In this document: positions 1 to 10,429 of the stretch, in pieces | How the letters are laid out: each line of letters starts with the position of its first letter | Numbering within the stretch: position 1 is the stretch's first letter | Assembly (NCBI GenBank): GCA_945983195.1 | Contig: CAMFSS010000001.1 | Location: forward strand, 1-32,722 | Length of the DNA: 32,722 nucleotides | Direction: 5' to 3' | Source: an uncultured Prevotellaceae bacterium | Lineage (GTDB): Bacteria; Bacteroidota; Bacteroidia; Bacteroidales; Muribaculaceae | Notes under the pieces: model-generated | Told to the model about the DNA's origin: nothing | The model's input: only the letters and a program-made list of their open reading frames with translations | Database searches by the model: none | Program-made: the position numbers and the translations under genes

Positions 1-2
1 AG

Positions 3-85
3 TGGGTGGTGATGGATTCGAACCACCGAAGTCGAAAGACAACTGAGTTACAGTCAGTCCCATTTGGCCACTCTGGTAACCACCC
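3..85 (-). tRNA. tRNA-Tyr (anticodon GTA), class II with long variable arm
   Basis: The reverse complement folds as a tRNA. Acceptor stem is GGGTGGT/ACCACCC. Anticodon stem is ACTGA/TCAGT with loop CTGTAAC (GTA). There is a long variable arm, a T-arm GGTGG-TTCGAAT-CCATC and a discriminator A. CCA is not encoded. Confidence 0.9.
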
Positions 86-102
86 TTTTGCTAATTGCGG
101 TG

Positions 103-110
103 CAAAGGTA
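103..110 (-). promoter_or_regulatory. Candidate Bacteroidota -7 box (TACCTTTG) for tRNA-Tyr
   Basis: The reverse complement of caaaggta matches TAnnTTTG. It lies 17 nt upstream of the mature tRNA 5' end. Confidence 0.45.
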
Positions 111-117
111 AGCAAAA

Positions 118-606
118 CTATTGGAATCTGCAAGAAAAATCGCACATTTTTATGGCAGCCTCGGCAGCCTCAGTGCCTTTGTTTCCCAGCACACCACCGG
201 CACGGTCGAGAGCCTGCTGCTCATCGTCGGTGGTGAGCACACCAAAGATAACGGGCACCACACCCTCGGCATTGAGCGCAGCCACACCCTGCGTGACGCT
301 GTCGCAGACATAGTCGAAGTGCGGAGTGCCACCGCGAATCACACAGCCAAACACAATCACTGCATCGTAGCGGCCCGAGTGAACCATCTTCGATGCGGCG
401 TAGGTGAGTTCTACGGTACCAGGCACATAGCACACGTCGATATCGTCGGCAGGATAACCCTCGCGACCAAAAAGCTGAAGCGCCCCATCGAGCAGAGCAC
501 CGGTGATGTGGCTGTTCCACTCAGCCACAGCGATTCCCACGTGAAGCGACTTGAGCTTGGGGAGTGTGTGGAGAGCAGTATCGTTTTTTCTCAATTCAGT
601 TGACAT
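118..606 (-). CDS. ribH: 6,7-dimethyl-8-ribityllumazine synthase
   Basis: The 162-aa ORF shows typical lumazine synthase blocks (VGIAVAEWNSHIT, VPGTVELTYA, DAVIVFGCVIRGGTPHFDYV, VPVIFGVLT). Confidence 0.9.
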   Translation of the reverse strand: MSTELRKNDTALHTLPKLKSLHVGIAVAEWNSHITGALLDGALQLFGREGYPADDIDVCYVPGTVELTYAASKMVHSGRYDAVIVFGCVIRGGTPHFDYVCDSVTQGVAALNAEGVVPVIFGVLTTDDEQQALDRAGGVLGNKGTEAAEAAIKMCDFSCRFQ

Positions 607-635
607 ATTGTTGACAAATTTTGTAGGTTAGTATT

Positions 636-1520
636 CTAAAACAGACTTTTAAGCAGCGACAGGAAATCGGCAGACTCAGGAGCCGATTTCAGTGCCTTAA
701 TTTCAGCCAATTCGGCATCGGCACCAAGCCGTGCAGCAAGCGGCAGCAATGAGTCGAGCAGACGGTGTCCGGCAGCGTGTCGGTTGATGATGTTGACAAG
801 AGCCTTCGCCATATTGAGCGAAATACGCAACTGCTGTAAATCCATCGTGGGACTCACCTTCTTGGCATAACGGAGTGCCTTGGTGTAGAATTTCACGGCA
901 TCGCGGTAGTTGCACATCTGCAAATGCAGATCGCCCTGTTTCTTCAGGGCATCGACGAGAGCCGTGACGGCAGTCGAAACTCCCGACGACACCTTGTCCT
1001 GATACAATTCGGCAGCCACCTGGTAATGAGCCAGGAGGTTCATCAGCTTCAGCTTGGAGTGGAAAATGTCGGTCGAGGCAGCAAGAGCCGACACAAGTGC
1101 GGCGGCAAACCGGCGGTTATCCTTCTTTGCGAGGCGGTCGAGAATCTTCTGAGCCTTAATCAGCTCCTTCTCGGCACGCTTGTTGTTACCGAGCTTGTAG
1201 TGCGCATAGGCAAGTGTGTGCAGCACGCCTGCAACAAGAGCAAGGAAATCGACGCTTTTGCGGTCGTCGACAGCAAGCAGCAAGCGCAAAGCAGCGGCGC
1301 AATGGTCGATGGTATCGTCGAATCGCGAAGCAGCGGCAGCCACTTGCGCAAGAAGCAGCTCCCTCCACACAGCAGGCAGACCGGCATCGGGCAAGCCGTC
1401 GGCAATCGGCACAATCATGTCGAGCGGAGCTTTAGCAGCAAGCGCATCGGCAATCTGAGCGCACGGGGCAGAATCGAGCCGGGCAACCGGGAATATCACA
1501 TCGAGTGGAATCAGCTTCAT
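636..1520 (-). CDS. TPR-like helical repeat protein of unknown function
   Basis: The 294-aa Ala/Leu-rich helical ORF has TPR-like segments (YAHYKLGNNKRAEKELIKAQKILD, CNYRDAVKFYTKALRYAKK). It is tightly packed between the kinase gene and ribH on the same strand. Confidence 0.65.
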   Translation of the reverse strand: MKLIPLDVIFPVARLDSAPCAQIADALAAKAPLDMIVPIADGLPDAGLPAVWRELLLAQVAAAASRFDDTIDHCAAALRLLLAVDDRKSVDFLALVAGVLHTLAYAHYKLGNNKRAEKELIKAQKILDRLAKKDNRRFAAALVSALAASTDIFHSKLKLMNLLAHYQVAAELYQDKVSSGVSTAVTALVDALKKQGDLHLQMCNYRDAVKFYTKALRYAKKVSPTMDLQQLRISLNMAKALVNIINRHAAGHRLLDSLLPLAARLGADAELAEIKALKSAPESADFLSLLKSLF

Positions 1521-1540
1521 GGTTCTTCTATAAATTTTAG

Positions 1541-2410
1541 TTATTGATTATTGGCACGGTCGAGAGCACGGGTCACAATCTCGTCCCACACTGAGGCGGC
1601 AACGGTGTGAAGCGACTTCTTTTCCAAGTCGCGTGAAGTGATGCCCTTCACCACGCCTGCCACGAAGCGCGCCTGCCAGCCGAGCGCATCGCCCGCGTAA
1701 GGCTTTGGGGCAGGAATGTGGCGGTGCATTCCACGGGCAAAGATGTGCACCGAAAGGTCGTCGTCGATGTAGAGGAAACGCACATCGTAGAATTCAATGT
1801 GGTTCTTGTAGACCTCTTCACCCGACTCACCGGGATATATAGCCTCAATATCGGCACGATTGGCAATCACCACATCGGCAGCTTCAAAATTCTCAAGAAT
1901 AGCCGGCATAACCTTAGTAATTCGGCAGTTTATACCGTGCTGGCACCCAGGCAGATACACCAAAATAGCCTTGCGCTTAAGTGCATAGTTGACCATTTCG
2001 AGCAATCTCGGGCGGACGCTCCCTTCAATGCTGTAGAATGAGCCGAAAAGCAGTACATCGTTCTCATCGAAGCGTGGCCACACCACATCGAAACGGTCAG
2101 CGGGATACTTGGAGTAATTCATCATCCGCTTACCGCCCGGAGTGTTGAAAATCAATGAAATGGCAGTAGCGCCATCGACGTATCTGTCGACCGACCGCGT
2201 GTTCACATTGTGAGCCTCAAGGAAATCGACCACCACATCGCCCACATGGTCGTTGCAGCACTCGCTCACCATAGCAACCTGCAAGCCCTCGCTGCCGAGC
2301 AGTGCTGCGGCATTGGCAATGCGACCGCCTACAAACGAGCTGACAGGACGATTGTTCTCATCAAAAACGGTGTCGAAAACCGACTCACCTATAGTAATAA
2401 TCTTTTGCAT
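1541..2410 (-). CDS. PfkB-family carbohydrate kinase (ribokinase/fructokinase-like)
   Basis: The 289-aa ORF has an N-terminal IGESVFD..GGRIANAA motif and a degenerate C-terminal GD..G..FVAG block, as in PfkB sugar kinases. Confidence 0.7.
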   Translation of the reverse strand: MQKIITIGESVFDTVFDENNRPVSSFVGGRIANAAALLGSEGLQVAMVSECCNDHVGDVVVDFLEAHNVNTRSVDRYVDGATAISLIFNTPGGKRMMNYSKYPADRFDVVWPRFDENDVLLFGSFYSIEGSVRPRLLEMVNYALKRKAILVYLPGCQHGINCRITKVMPAILENFEAADVVIANRADIEAIYPGESGEEVYKNHIEFYDVRFLYIDDDLSVHIFARGMHRHIPAPKPYAGDALGWQARFVAGVVKGITSRDLEKKSLHTVAASVWDEIVTRALDRANNQ

Positions 2411-2888
2411 AATCTGTTTTCATAAACCCGAGTTCCACCGGGAGAAAAAGAGGATCAGTCGGGAGGTAATTCTGAAGTTTTTTACAGCCACAAAGTTAGT
2501 CAACATCGCCGTAATGACAAATTATGCAGCGACAAAAATTTCCACACCCCGCCATTTTTTGCAGAAACACGGTAGAATGCCGACGATTCCTATTGCGTTA
2601 TTTCTTCGGAGAAAGAGTGAACACATAAAGACCGGCTGGCATTCTAAACCCCTCGAATTCAGTGGGTTAAAATACGATTATGAAAAACTTATCGAGGATT
2701 TTCGGGGTGAAGTTGTGGATTTGGAGTGATATTTTGGGGGTAATGCTTGGTAGTGTTGGAGAAACTTCGTATCTTTAACAAAAAATTATTTTTTGTGGTC
2801 ACCAACCCACAATCAAAAAACTAAAACAACAACCCAAACAAGCAACCAACATTTATTCTTACAACTCCACCATTGAACCCTAACTGTT

Positions 2889-5474
2889 ATGAAAACCAAC
2901 GGACTGAAAACCATCAATCGCGCACTCATTGCCATTGCTGTTGCAGCCCTGTGCTCAACTGCCAACGTTCAAGCCCAAGATTCCGACTTCGACCTATCGT
3001 CGCAGCGCTCGGAGAAACAGGAAGTAGACCCTGTTGACGGTCAACGCATCGACCATAATGGGCTGGTAATCAACCCTACGCCCCAATCAATTAAAGTTGC
3101 ACCCGAAAACAGGCTCGATGCATCACAAGGCTTCAGCCTTGCCGATGCCCAGAAACGCTTTGGGGCACAAATAGGCGCACTTGCCTCAAGCGGCCTCAAG
3201 CTCAACGCCAAAGGGGTGAAACTCAGCATCGACTTCGGAGCCAAAATTGCCAAGAAGGCAGGCGTGAAGGAACTGAGCGGAGCATATAGCCTCGTCATCG
3301 ACAAAAAGGGCGTGACAATCACGGGCTACGACGAGCGCGGAGCATTCTACGGCTTGCAGACGCTGCGCCAAGTGGTGGAATCGCCGATAGCCGAGGGTGC
3401 AAAACTGCCGTATCTCACCGTCGACGACTACCCCACCCTGCCCGACCGTGGCGTGGTGGAGGGATTCTACGGCACACCGTGGTCGCATGAGGTGAGCCAG
3501 TCGCGGATAGACTTCGACGGCCGGTGCCAGCACTGAAGCACCCTCTACGGACCAAAAGATGACCCATACCACAGCAGCCCCAACTGGCGACTGCCCTACC
3601 CTGAAGCCGAAGCGAAGCAGATTCGCGAGCTGGTGGAGGCCTGCAACCGCAACTATGTGGACTTTGTGTGGGCAATACACCCGGGAAAGGACATAAAGTG
3701 GAATGAGGAGGACTACGGCAACCTGCTGCGGAAGCTCAACATGATGTATGACCTCGGCGTGCGCTCATTTGCGCTCTTCTTCGACGACATTTCGGGCGAA
3801 GGCACGAAGCCTGTGAAGCAAGTGGAGCTGCTCAACCGCCTACACAGCGAGTTTGTAGAGGCTCACGGCGATGTGGCACCGCTCACCATGTGCCCGACTG
3901 ACTACTCGCGACTCTGGGCGAATCCATCGCCCGAAGGACCGCTCGCCATCTACGGCAACACGCTAAACCCATCGATAAAGGTGTTCTGGACCGGCGACGT
4001 GGTGTGCAGCAACCTCACCAAAGAGACACTCGACTGGGTGAACTCGCGCATCAAGCGTCCGGCATACTACTGGTGGAACTTCCCAGTGACCGACTATGCC
4101 CGCCACATCATCATGCAGGGCCCGACCTACGGACTTGAAAAGACACTCACCGCCTCCGACCTGTGCGGACTGGTGAGCAACCCGATGGAGCACGGCGAGG
4201 CATCGAAGCTCGCCCTCTACGGCGTTGCCGACTACTGCTGGAACATTGCCGCCTACAACCCTCTCGACAACTGGGAGCGCGGACTCGCCGTACTCACCCC
4301 CGAAGCACGCGAGGCTTACCGCACATTTGCAATACACTCATGCGACACCGAGACCGGCTACCGCCGCGACGAGTCGTGGGAAACCACAACCTTCTCTCTC
4401 GACAACTACACAGAGGCACAATATGATGCACTCTACAAGGAGTTTGCCAAAATACAGAATGTGGAGGCAACCATGCGCAAGCACTGCACCAACCGCCTGC
4501 TGCTGCGCGAGCTATCGCCGTGGCTAACAGAATTTACCAAGCTGGGAAAGCGCGGCACAGCCACACTTGAGCTGATAAGGACATTCGGCAAGACCGACAA
4601 CGCCACATTCTGGCAGTCGTACACAGCAAACCTGATGAACGACGATGACTGCCGCGACTTTGCAGCCCACAAGTGCGGCACAATGAAGCTGCAACCCTTC
4701 TACGAGAACAACATGGACGCACTGCGCGACCGCTTCTTCAAGGCCGTTACAAGCCAGCACCCCTCATCGGTGCGCTGCATAGGCTCATTTGCGACACTCA
4801 ACACACCGCTGAGCAAACTGATGCTCGACAACGACGCAACCACCTACTACCACTCAGGACTCTCGCAGAGCAAGCAGGGCGGCGACTGGATTGGGCTTGA
4901 CCTCGGAGTGGTGAAAGACGTGCGCGAAGTGAACATAGTGCAAGGACGAAACTCGGTAGACGACGTTGACTACTTCGACCACGCCACGCTCGAAGCCTCG
5001 GCCGACGGACGCACATGGCAGCCGCTTATTGCCGAAATGGAGAAGCAATACGACATACACTGGCAGGGCGAAGCAGTAAAAGCACGCTATGTGCGCCTGC
5101 GCAAGCTGCCCTCGGAGAAAGTCAGCTGGGTGGCAGTACGCACATTTGAAGTGAATCCCGTAACGCCCGACAACGTGGGCATCGGCTTCACCGCCCCCAA
5201 CCGCGACGCTGCCGTCATGGCTCTCGACAAGAACCCAGGCACATGCTACAAGCTCCGCGGCACATTCGACATCGACGTGGCTGAAGGAACTACACGCTGC
5301 GTGATATTTGCAAAAGAAGCATCACTGGCAGTGACGCAGCTCAATGCCAAGGGCAATGTGGTGGCACAGTCGAGCCACACCACACCGTTCATCGACCTCG
5401 ACGTAGCAAAGGGAACCACCACCCTGCGCATCGCCGGCACCGCCGAAATATTCGAGATTATCCAGCTTCAATAA
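2889..5474 (+). pseudogene. GH84 beta-N-acetylglucosaminidase (O-GlcNAcase-like) interrupted by one in-frame TGA at 3534..3536
   Basis: ORF 2889..3536 carries a signal peptide, an N-terminal domain and VEGFYGTPWSHE. ORF 3633..5474 carries VDFVWAIHPG, FALFFDDISGEG, YYWWNFPVTDY, NPMEHGE and a C-terminal discoidin-like domain. The two ORFs share one reading frame. The 32 codons between them (STLYGPKDDPYHSSPNWRLPYPE...) continue the GH84 homology. Confidence 0.8.
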
Positions 5475-5519
5475 AATGCACAAAAAGCCGACCGGTTTGT
5501 GCCTAAAAGATTTTTTTCG

Positions 5520-5527
5520 TACTTTTG
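5520..5527 (+). promoter_or_regulatory. Candidate -7 box TACTTTTG upstream of aroK
   Basis: It matches TAnnTTTG and lies 64 nt upstream of the aroK ATG. A 14-bp-arm palindrome follows immediately at 5527..5563. Confidence 0.4.
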
Positions 5528-5591
5528 CGGTAGCATTGCAGACAACAAGTGCAGTGCTACCGCACCATTTAGCAAAATCCACTTTTAGATT

Positions 5592-6125
5592 ATGCAACCG
5601 ATATTTCTGATTGGATATATGGGAAGTGGCAAGACCACTCTCGGAAAAGCCCTTGCACAGCATCTCGGCAAGGAATTCATCGACCTCGACACTTACATAG
5701 AGTGCCGGTTCCATGCCACAGTGAAGCAGCTTTTTGCGCAGCGCGGCGAAGCCGGATTCCGCGACTTGGAACGGCGCATGCTCCATGAGATAGCCGACTT
5801 TGAAGATGTGATTGTGGCATGTGGCGGTGGCACACCGTGCTACTTCGACAACATGGACTACATAGTGTCGCACGGCTTTGCGGTGTATCTCACCACCACA
5901 CCCGAGCGCATAGCCCTTCGGCTCGCCCTGCCAGGGTCGCGCGCCAAGCGTCCGCTGATAGCCGGCAAGAGCGATGAGGAGCTTGTGACATTCGTGAAAG
6001 AGGCACTTGCGAAGCGCGAGCCATTCTACTGCCGCGCCCAGCTCACCTTCGACTCTACACGCATAGAGAATGCCACCGACACTGCGGCTACTGCCGTGGA
6101 GCTTGCAGCACTGCTGCCCAAATAG
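5592..6125 (+). CDS. aroK: shikimate kinase
   Basis: The 177-aa ORF has the Walker A motif GYMGSGKTT, followed by DLD, FRDLE and ACGGG blocks typical of AroK. Confidence 0.9.
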   Translation: MQPIFLIGYMGSGKTTLGKALAQHLGKEFIDLDTYIECRFHATVKQLFAQRGEAGFRDLERRMLHEIADFEDVIVACGGGTPCYFDNMDYIVSHGFAVYLTTTPERIALRLALPGSRAKRPLIAGKSDEELVTFVKEALAKREPFYCRAQLTFDSTRIENATDTAATAVELAALLPK

Positions 6126-6202
6126 CAGGGCACTTGGTGTTATATAATTATAAAAAATCGGGGATTGTGATTTTTAATGGTGTGTGTGCCACAAATTTGA
6201 GT

Positions 6203-6210
6203 TATATTTG
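6203..6210 (+). promoter_or_regulatory. Candidate -7 box TATATTTG upstream of the DUF2723 gene
   Basis: It matches TAnnTTTG and lies 88 nt upstream of the ATG at 6298. The 17-mer TATATTTGCAAAATATT recurs at 28865. Confidence 0.45.
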
Positions 6211-6297
6211 CAAAATATTTCGGCAAAACGCCGATATGGCAATGCGACAATAAGTATAAAAAAACTCGACAATAAACAATTCTTTAATATCTCACAG

Positions 6298-9200
6298 ATG
6301 AGAAAATACAAGATTATCAACGACTCGCTTGGCTGGCTCATGTTTGTGGTGGCTGCCGTGACCTATCTGCTCACGATGGAGCCAACTGCCAGCTTCTGGG
6401 ACTGCCCGGAATTTATATCGCAAGGATTCAAACTTGAAATCGGACACCCACCCGGCAACCCCATCTTTATGCTTGCCGCCCGCTTTGCCATAAATTTCAC
6501 CAACGACATAAGCCATGTGGCACTGTGCGTGAATGCCATGTCGGCATTGCTGAGTGCCGGCACCATACTGCTGCTCTTCTGGACCATCACCCACCTGGTG
6601 AAGCGCCTTGTGGTGGCTGATGATGCCGAGGGTGTGAGCCTCACTGAGATGCTCGTGATTTTCGGCAGCGGCGTGTGTGGAGCATTGGTCTACACATGGA
6701 GCGACACATTCTGGTTCTCAGCCGTTGAGGCTGAAGTGTATGCCTTCTCATCGTTCTGCACCGCACTGGTATTCTGGCTTATCCTGAAGTGGGAAAACCG
6801 CGCCGACGAGCCTCACAGCGACCGCTGGCTGGTGCTAATAGCCTATGTGATAGGCGTGTCGGTGGCAGTGCACCTGCTCAACCTGCTGTGCATTCCGGCA
6901 ATCGTGCTTGTGTTCTACTACAAGAAATTCAAGAATACCGATGCCAAGGGGTCGCTTTTGGCACTTCTGCTCTCATTCGGCATCATCGTGCTCATTCTCT
7001 ACGGCTTGGTACCGGGCTTCGTGGAAGTGGCGCAGGACATGGAGCTGTTTTTCGTGAACACACTCGGACTCGGCTTCAACTCGGGTGTGCTTATCTACAC
7101 GATAATGCTCTTTGCGGTGTTCATCTGGAGCATCTATGAGCTTTACAAGCAGAGCAGCCCCACACGCATCAAAGTGTCGTTCTTCTTGAGCATCTTCCTC
7201 TCGGGAATGCTCTTCATAGGCGACGGATTCATGATTCCGGCAGTGCTCACAGTGGCACTCATTGTGTATCTCTACAAATACTGCAACCGCATACCGGCGC
7301 GCATCTTCGCGCTCACGGTGATGAGCATCTTCGTGATATTCATCGGCTACTCGTCGTATGCGCTCATTCTTATCCGCTCGAATGCGCAGACCCCGATGGA
7401 CCAGAACTCGCCCGACAATGTGTTTGCACTGGGCAGCTACCTCAACCGCGAGCAGTATGGCGACCGGCCGCTGTTCTACGGACAGACGTTCAACGCCGGC
7501 GTAGTGTATAAAGACCAAGGCGAGGGAGGCATGAAGCCGGTGAAGATTGAGGGCAAGGCACTCTATGCAAAAGAGGTGAAGAGAGAACCCTCACAGCCCG
7601 ACCGCTACAAGCAGATTGGCACAGCCGACAAATATGTGACTTCGCCCGAAATGGATATGCTATTCCCACGTATGCACAGCGGAGCACACGCCCGCGAATA
7701 CAAGGAATGGATAGGCATGGTGGGAACCACCGTGAATGCCACCACACAGCTCGACAAGGAGGGCAACGTAATCTCCACCGAGCCAAAGGTGAAGCCCACT
7801 TTTGTGGAGAACCTGCAATTCTTCCTCGACTACCAGCTCAACTACATGTACTGGCGCTACTTCATGTGGAACTTTGTAGGTCGCCAAAACGACATTCAGG
7901 GCAGTGGGGAAATCACCCACGGCAACTGGATAAGCGGCATACCGGTGATTGACAATGCACGCCTCGGCGACCAGTCGCTGCTGCCGAGTGACCTCGGCGA
8001 GGGCAACAAGGGTCACAACGTGTTCTACATGCTGCCGCTGCTACTCGGAATCATCGGTCTGCTGTGGCAAGCCTACGCCGGAAAGCGCGGAATCGAGCAG
8101 TTCTGGGTGGTATTCTTCCTGTTCTTCATGACCGGTATAGCAATTGTGATATACCTTAACCAGACACCAAGCCAGCCGCGCGAGCGCGACTACGCATACG
8201 CAGGCTCATTCTACGCATTTGCAATATGGGTGGGAATGGGAGTTGCCGGACTGTGGAAACTGATTCTCGCCATTGCCAAGAAAGCCCGTAAGCGCGATGC
8301 CGATGCACGCACCTCAATGGCTGTAGCCGCAGTGGCAGCCGTGGTGGGACTGCTTGTGCCACTTCAGATGGTGAGCCAGACGTGGGACGACCACGACCGC
8401 TCGGGCCGCTACCCGGCACGCGACTTCGGTATGAACTACCTTTCGAGCGTGGCTGAGAACGGAATCATCTTCACCAACGGCGACAACGATACCTTCCCAT
8501 TGTGGTACTGCCAGGAGGTGGAAGGCTACCGCACCGATGTGCGCGTGGTGAACCTCAGCTATCTGACAACCGACTGGTATATCAACCAGATGCGCCGCCC
8601 TGCCTACGAATCGGCACCGCTACCCATGCTCGCCAACCGGCTCTCATTCGCCTACGACGAGCGACAGTACAACTACTTCATCGAGCCTAAAGAGGAGGAG
8701 ATACCGGTACTTGAGTCGCTTGCACAGCTCTACAATGACAGCATATACAAGAACAACCCCTGGCACTTGCCGCAAATCACGCATCCGTGCATGTATATCC
8801 CGGTTGACAGTGCTGCCGTGGTTGCAGCCGGAATAGTGTCGCCGGAACGAGCCAATGAGATAGATTCCCGTATCGACTGCAACATGCTTGCCGACAAGTA
8901 CACCGCTGGAGAAATGGCAATGAGTTCGAGCAAAGTGATGACCCTCGACATCATTGCATCAAGTGCCGCACAAGGCTGGAAACGCCCAATCTACTTCGCA
9001 ATGACCGTGCCCGACCGCTACTATGCCGGACTGTCGCAGTACATGGAGTGCACAGGAATGGCATACCAGGTGGTGCCCATCAAGAACAATGTGTACGCCA
9101 TCACCGGCGAAATAGGCACCAACACCAAGCGAATGTATGACAACGTGATGACCAAGTTCCGCTGGGCAGGACTCGACGCCGACCAGAACGGCGAACGTTA

Positions 9201-9786
9201 CTGGGACGAAACCATACGCCGCATGGTGACCACCACACGCTCAGCCATAACCGACCTTGCATACGACCTCATAGCCGAAGGCGACTACGACAAGGCACGC
9301 CGCGTGCTCACGCTGATGGACGAAAAGCTGCCGGCAAAGGCAGTGCCCTACTCGCTGCAACTCGGTATGCGCTACGCACAGATTCTCAGTGCACTTGCCG
9401 AGCGCACCGGCGAAAAGGCCGACAAGGAGAAAGCCATAAAGGTGGCAGAAGGCGAAGTGCTCCGCTAAGCCGAGTATGTGCACTACTACCAGTCGCTCAG
9501 CCCCGACCTCTACACACGCCTCGCCTATACCGACCACTACATCGACCAGCGATATTTCCTCGACCTGCTCCAATACTACAATGAGCTTGACGAGGCCGGA
9601 ACGGACAAACTTGTAGAAAAAGTGACAAAGATAGGCGTGAACATCGACCGCCTCTATGAGTTTGTGCGCGCACGGTCGCAGGCATCAGAGCCAGCCGCTG
9701 CACCAGCGACGGAGAGCGAAGATGCAGCCGATGAAGGGGAGGAAGACGCAGCCGACATCGACTGGTCGTCGGCTTTCGGCGAATAA
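6298..9786 (+). pseudogene. DUF2723-family polytopic membrane protein (GT-C-like glycosyltransferase fold) interrupted by an in-frame TAA at 9466..9468
   Basis: The N-terminus MEPTASFWDCPEFI..GHPPGNP and many TM helices are typical of DUF2723. The likely start is the ATG at 6298, in frame with the 6184 ORF. ORF 9478..9786 is in the same frame, lies 9 nt after the stop, and has only a GTG start. The read-through sequence is EGEVLR*AEYVHYYQSL. Confidence 0.7.
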
Positions 9787-9802
9787 CACGATACAGTGTG
9801 GC

Positions 9803-10420
9803 ATGATAATAGAACAACCACCATTACTATTTAGAATACTGTTCTCCGAAACGGTGTGGCGAATACACCGCAAGCGGAGAACAGTATTTCTCACATTCGA
9901 CGACGGACCGATACCGAAAGTCACACCCTGGGTGCTCGACACCCTCGACCACTATGGGGTGAAAGCCACTTTCTTCCTCGTTGGCGACAATGTGCGCCGC
10001 CACCCCGAGCTGCTTGAGGAGATTCTGCACCGCGGGCACAGCGTGGGAAACCACACAATGAACCACTTGCAGAGCATCAAAGTGACCACGCGCACCTATC
10101 TGCGCAATGTGGCACTTGCCGACCGGCTCATAGGGTCACGGCTATTCCGTCCACCGCACGGACTGCTTCGCTGGGGCACAGCAAGGCTGCTGAAAAACCA
10201 CTTTTCGCTCATAATGTATGACTTGGTGACGCGCGACTACAACCAAAAGCTCACCGGCGAAGAGGTGCTCAACAATGTGAAGCGGTATGTGAGAAACGGG
10301 TCGATCATTGTGTGTCCCGACTCGGGTATAGGCGAGATAAAGCTGCACTCTGCGCGTGCGCATGCCATTGAGTGGCTGAAATACAAGGGCTATGAATTTG
10401 AGGCAATCCCCATGCAATAA
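9803..10420 (+). CDS. polysaccharide deacetylase family protein (CE4)
   Basis: The ORF contains FLTFDDGP, ATFFLVG and GHSVGNHTMNH (NodB-type motifs). The start was set at the ATG at 9803. The longer 9656 start would overlap the tail of the upstream gene. Confidence 0.8.
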   Translation: MIIEQPPLLFRILFSETVWRIHRKRRTVFLTFDDGPIPKVTPWVLDTLDHYGVKATFFLVGDNVRRHPELLEEILHRGHSVGNHTMNHLQSIKVTTRTYLRNVALADRLIGSRLFRPPHGLLRWGTARLLKNHFSLIMYDLVTRDYNQKLTGEEVLNNVKRYVRNGSIIVCPDSGIGEIKLHSARAHAIEWLKYKGYEFEAIPMQ

Positions 10421-10429
10421 GCTACCATT

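Noticed and set aside
2253-2729. A 158-aa ORF lies in the 478-nt divergent intergenic region between the kinase and GH84 genes.
   Set aside because: Its start overlaps the kinase gene on the opposite strand. It has no recognisable motifs and its low-complexity composition is unlike coding sequence. The region more plausibly holds the two divergent promoters.
3534-3536. The in-frame TGA in the GH84 gene could be a selenocysteine codon.
   Set aside because: I could not see a SECIS-like hairpin immediately downstream. From memory, the aligned position in GH84 enzymes is not a Cys or redox residue. GH84 enzymes are not known selenoproteins.
9656-9802. The deacetylase ORF could start 49 codons further upstream.
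   Set aside because: The extension overlaps the acidic tail of the DUF2723 gene in another frame and has Arg-rich shadow composition. The family homology begins after the ATG at 9803.
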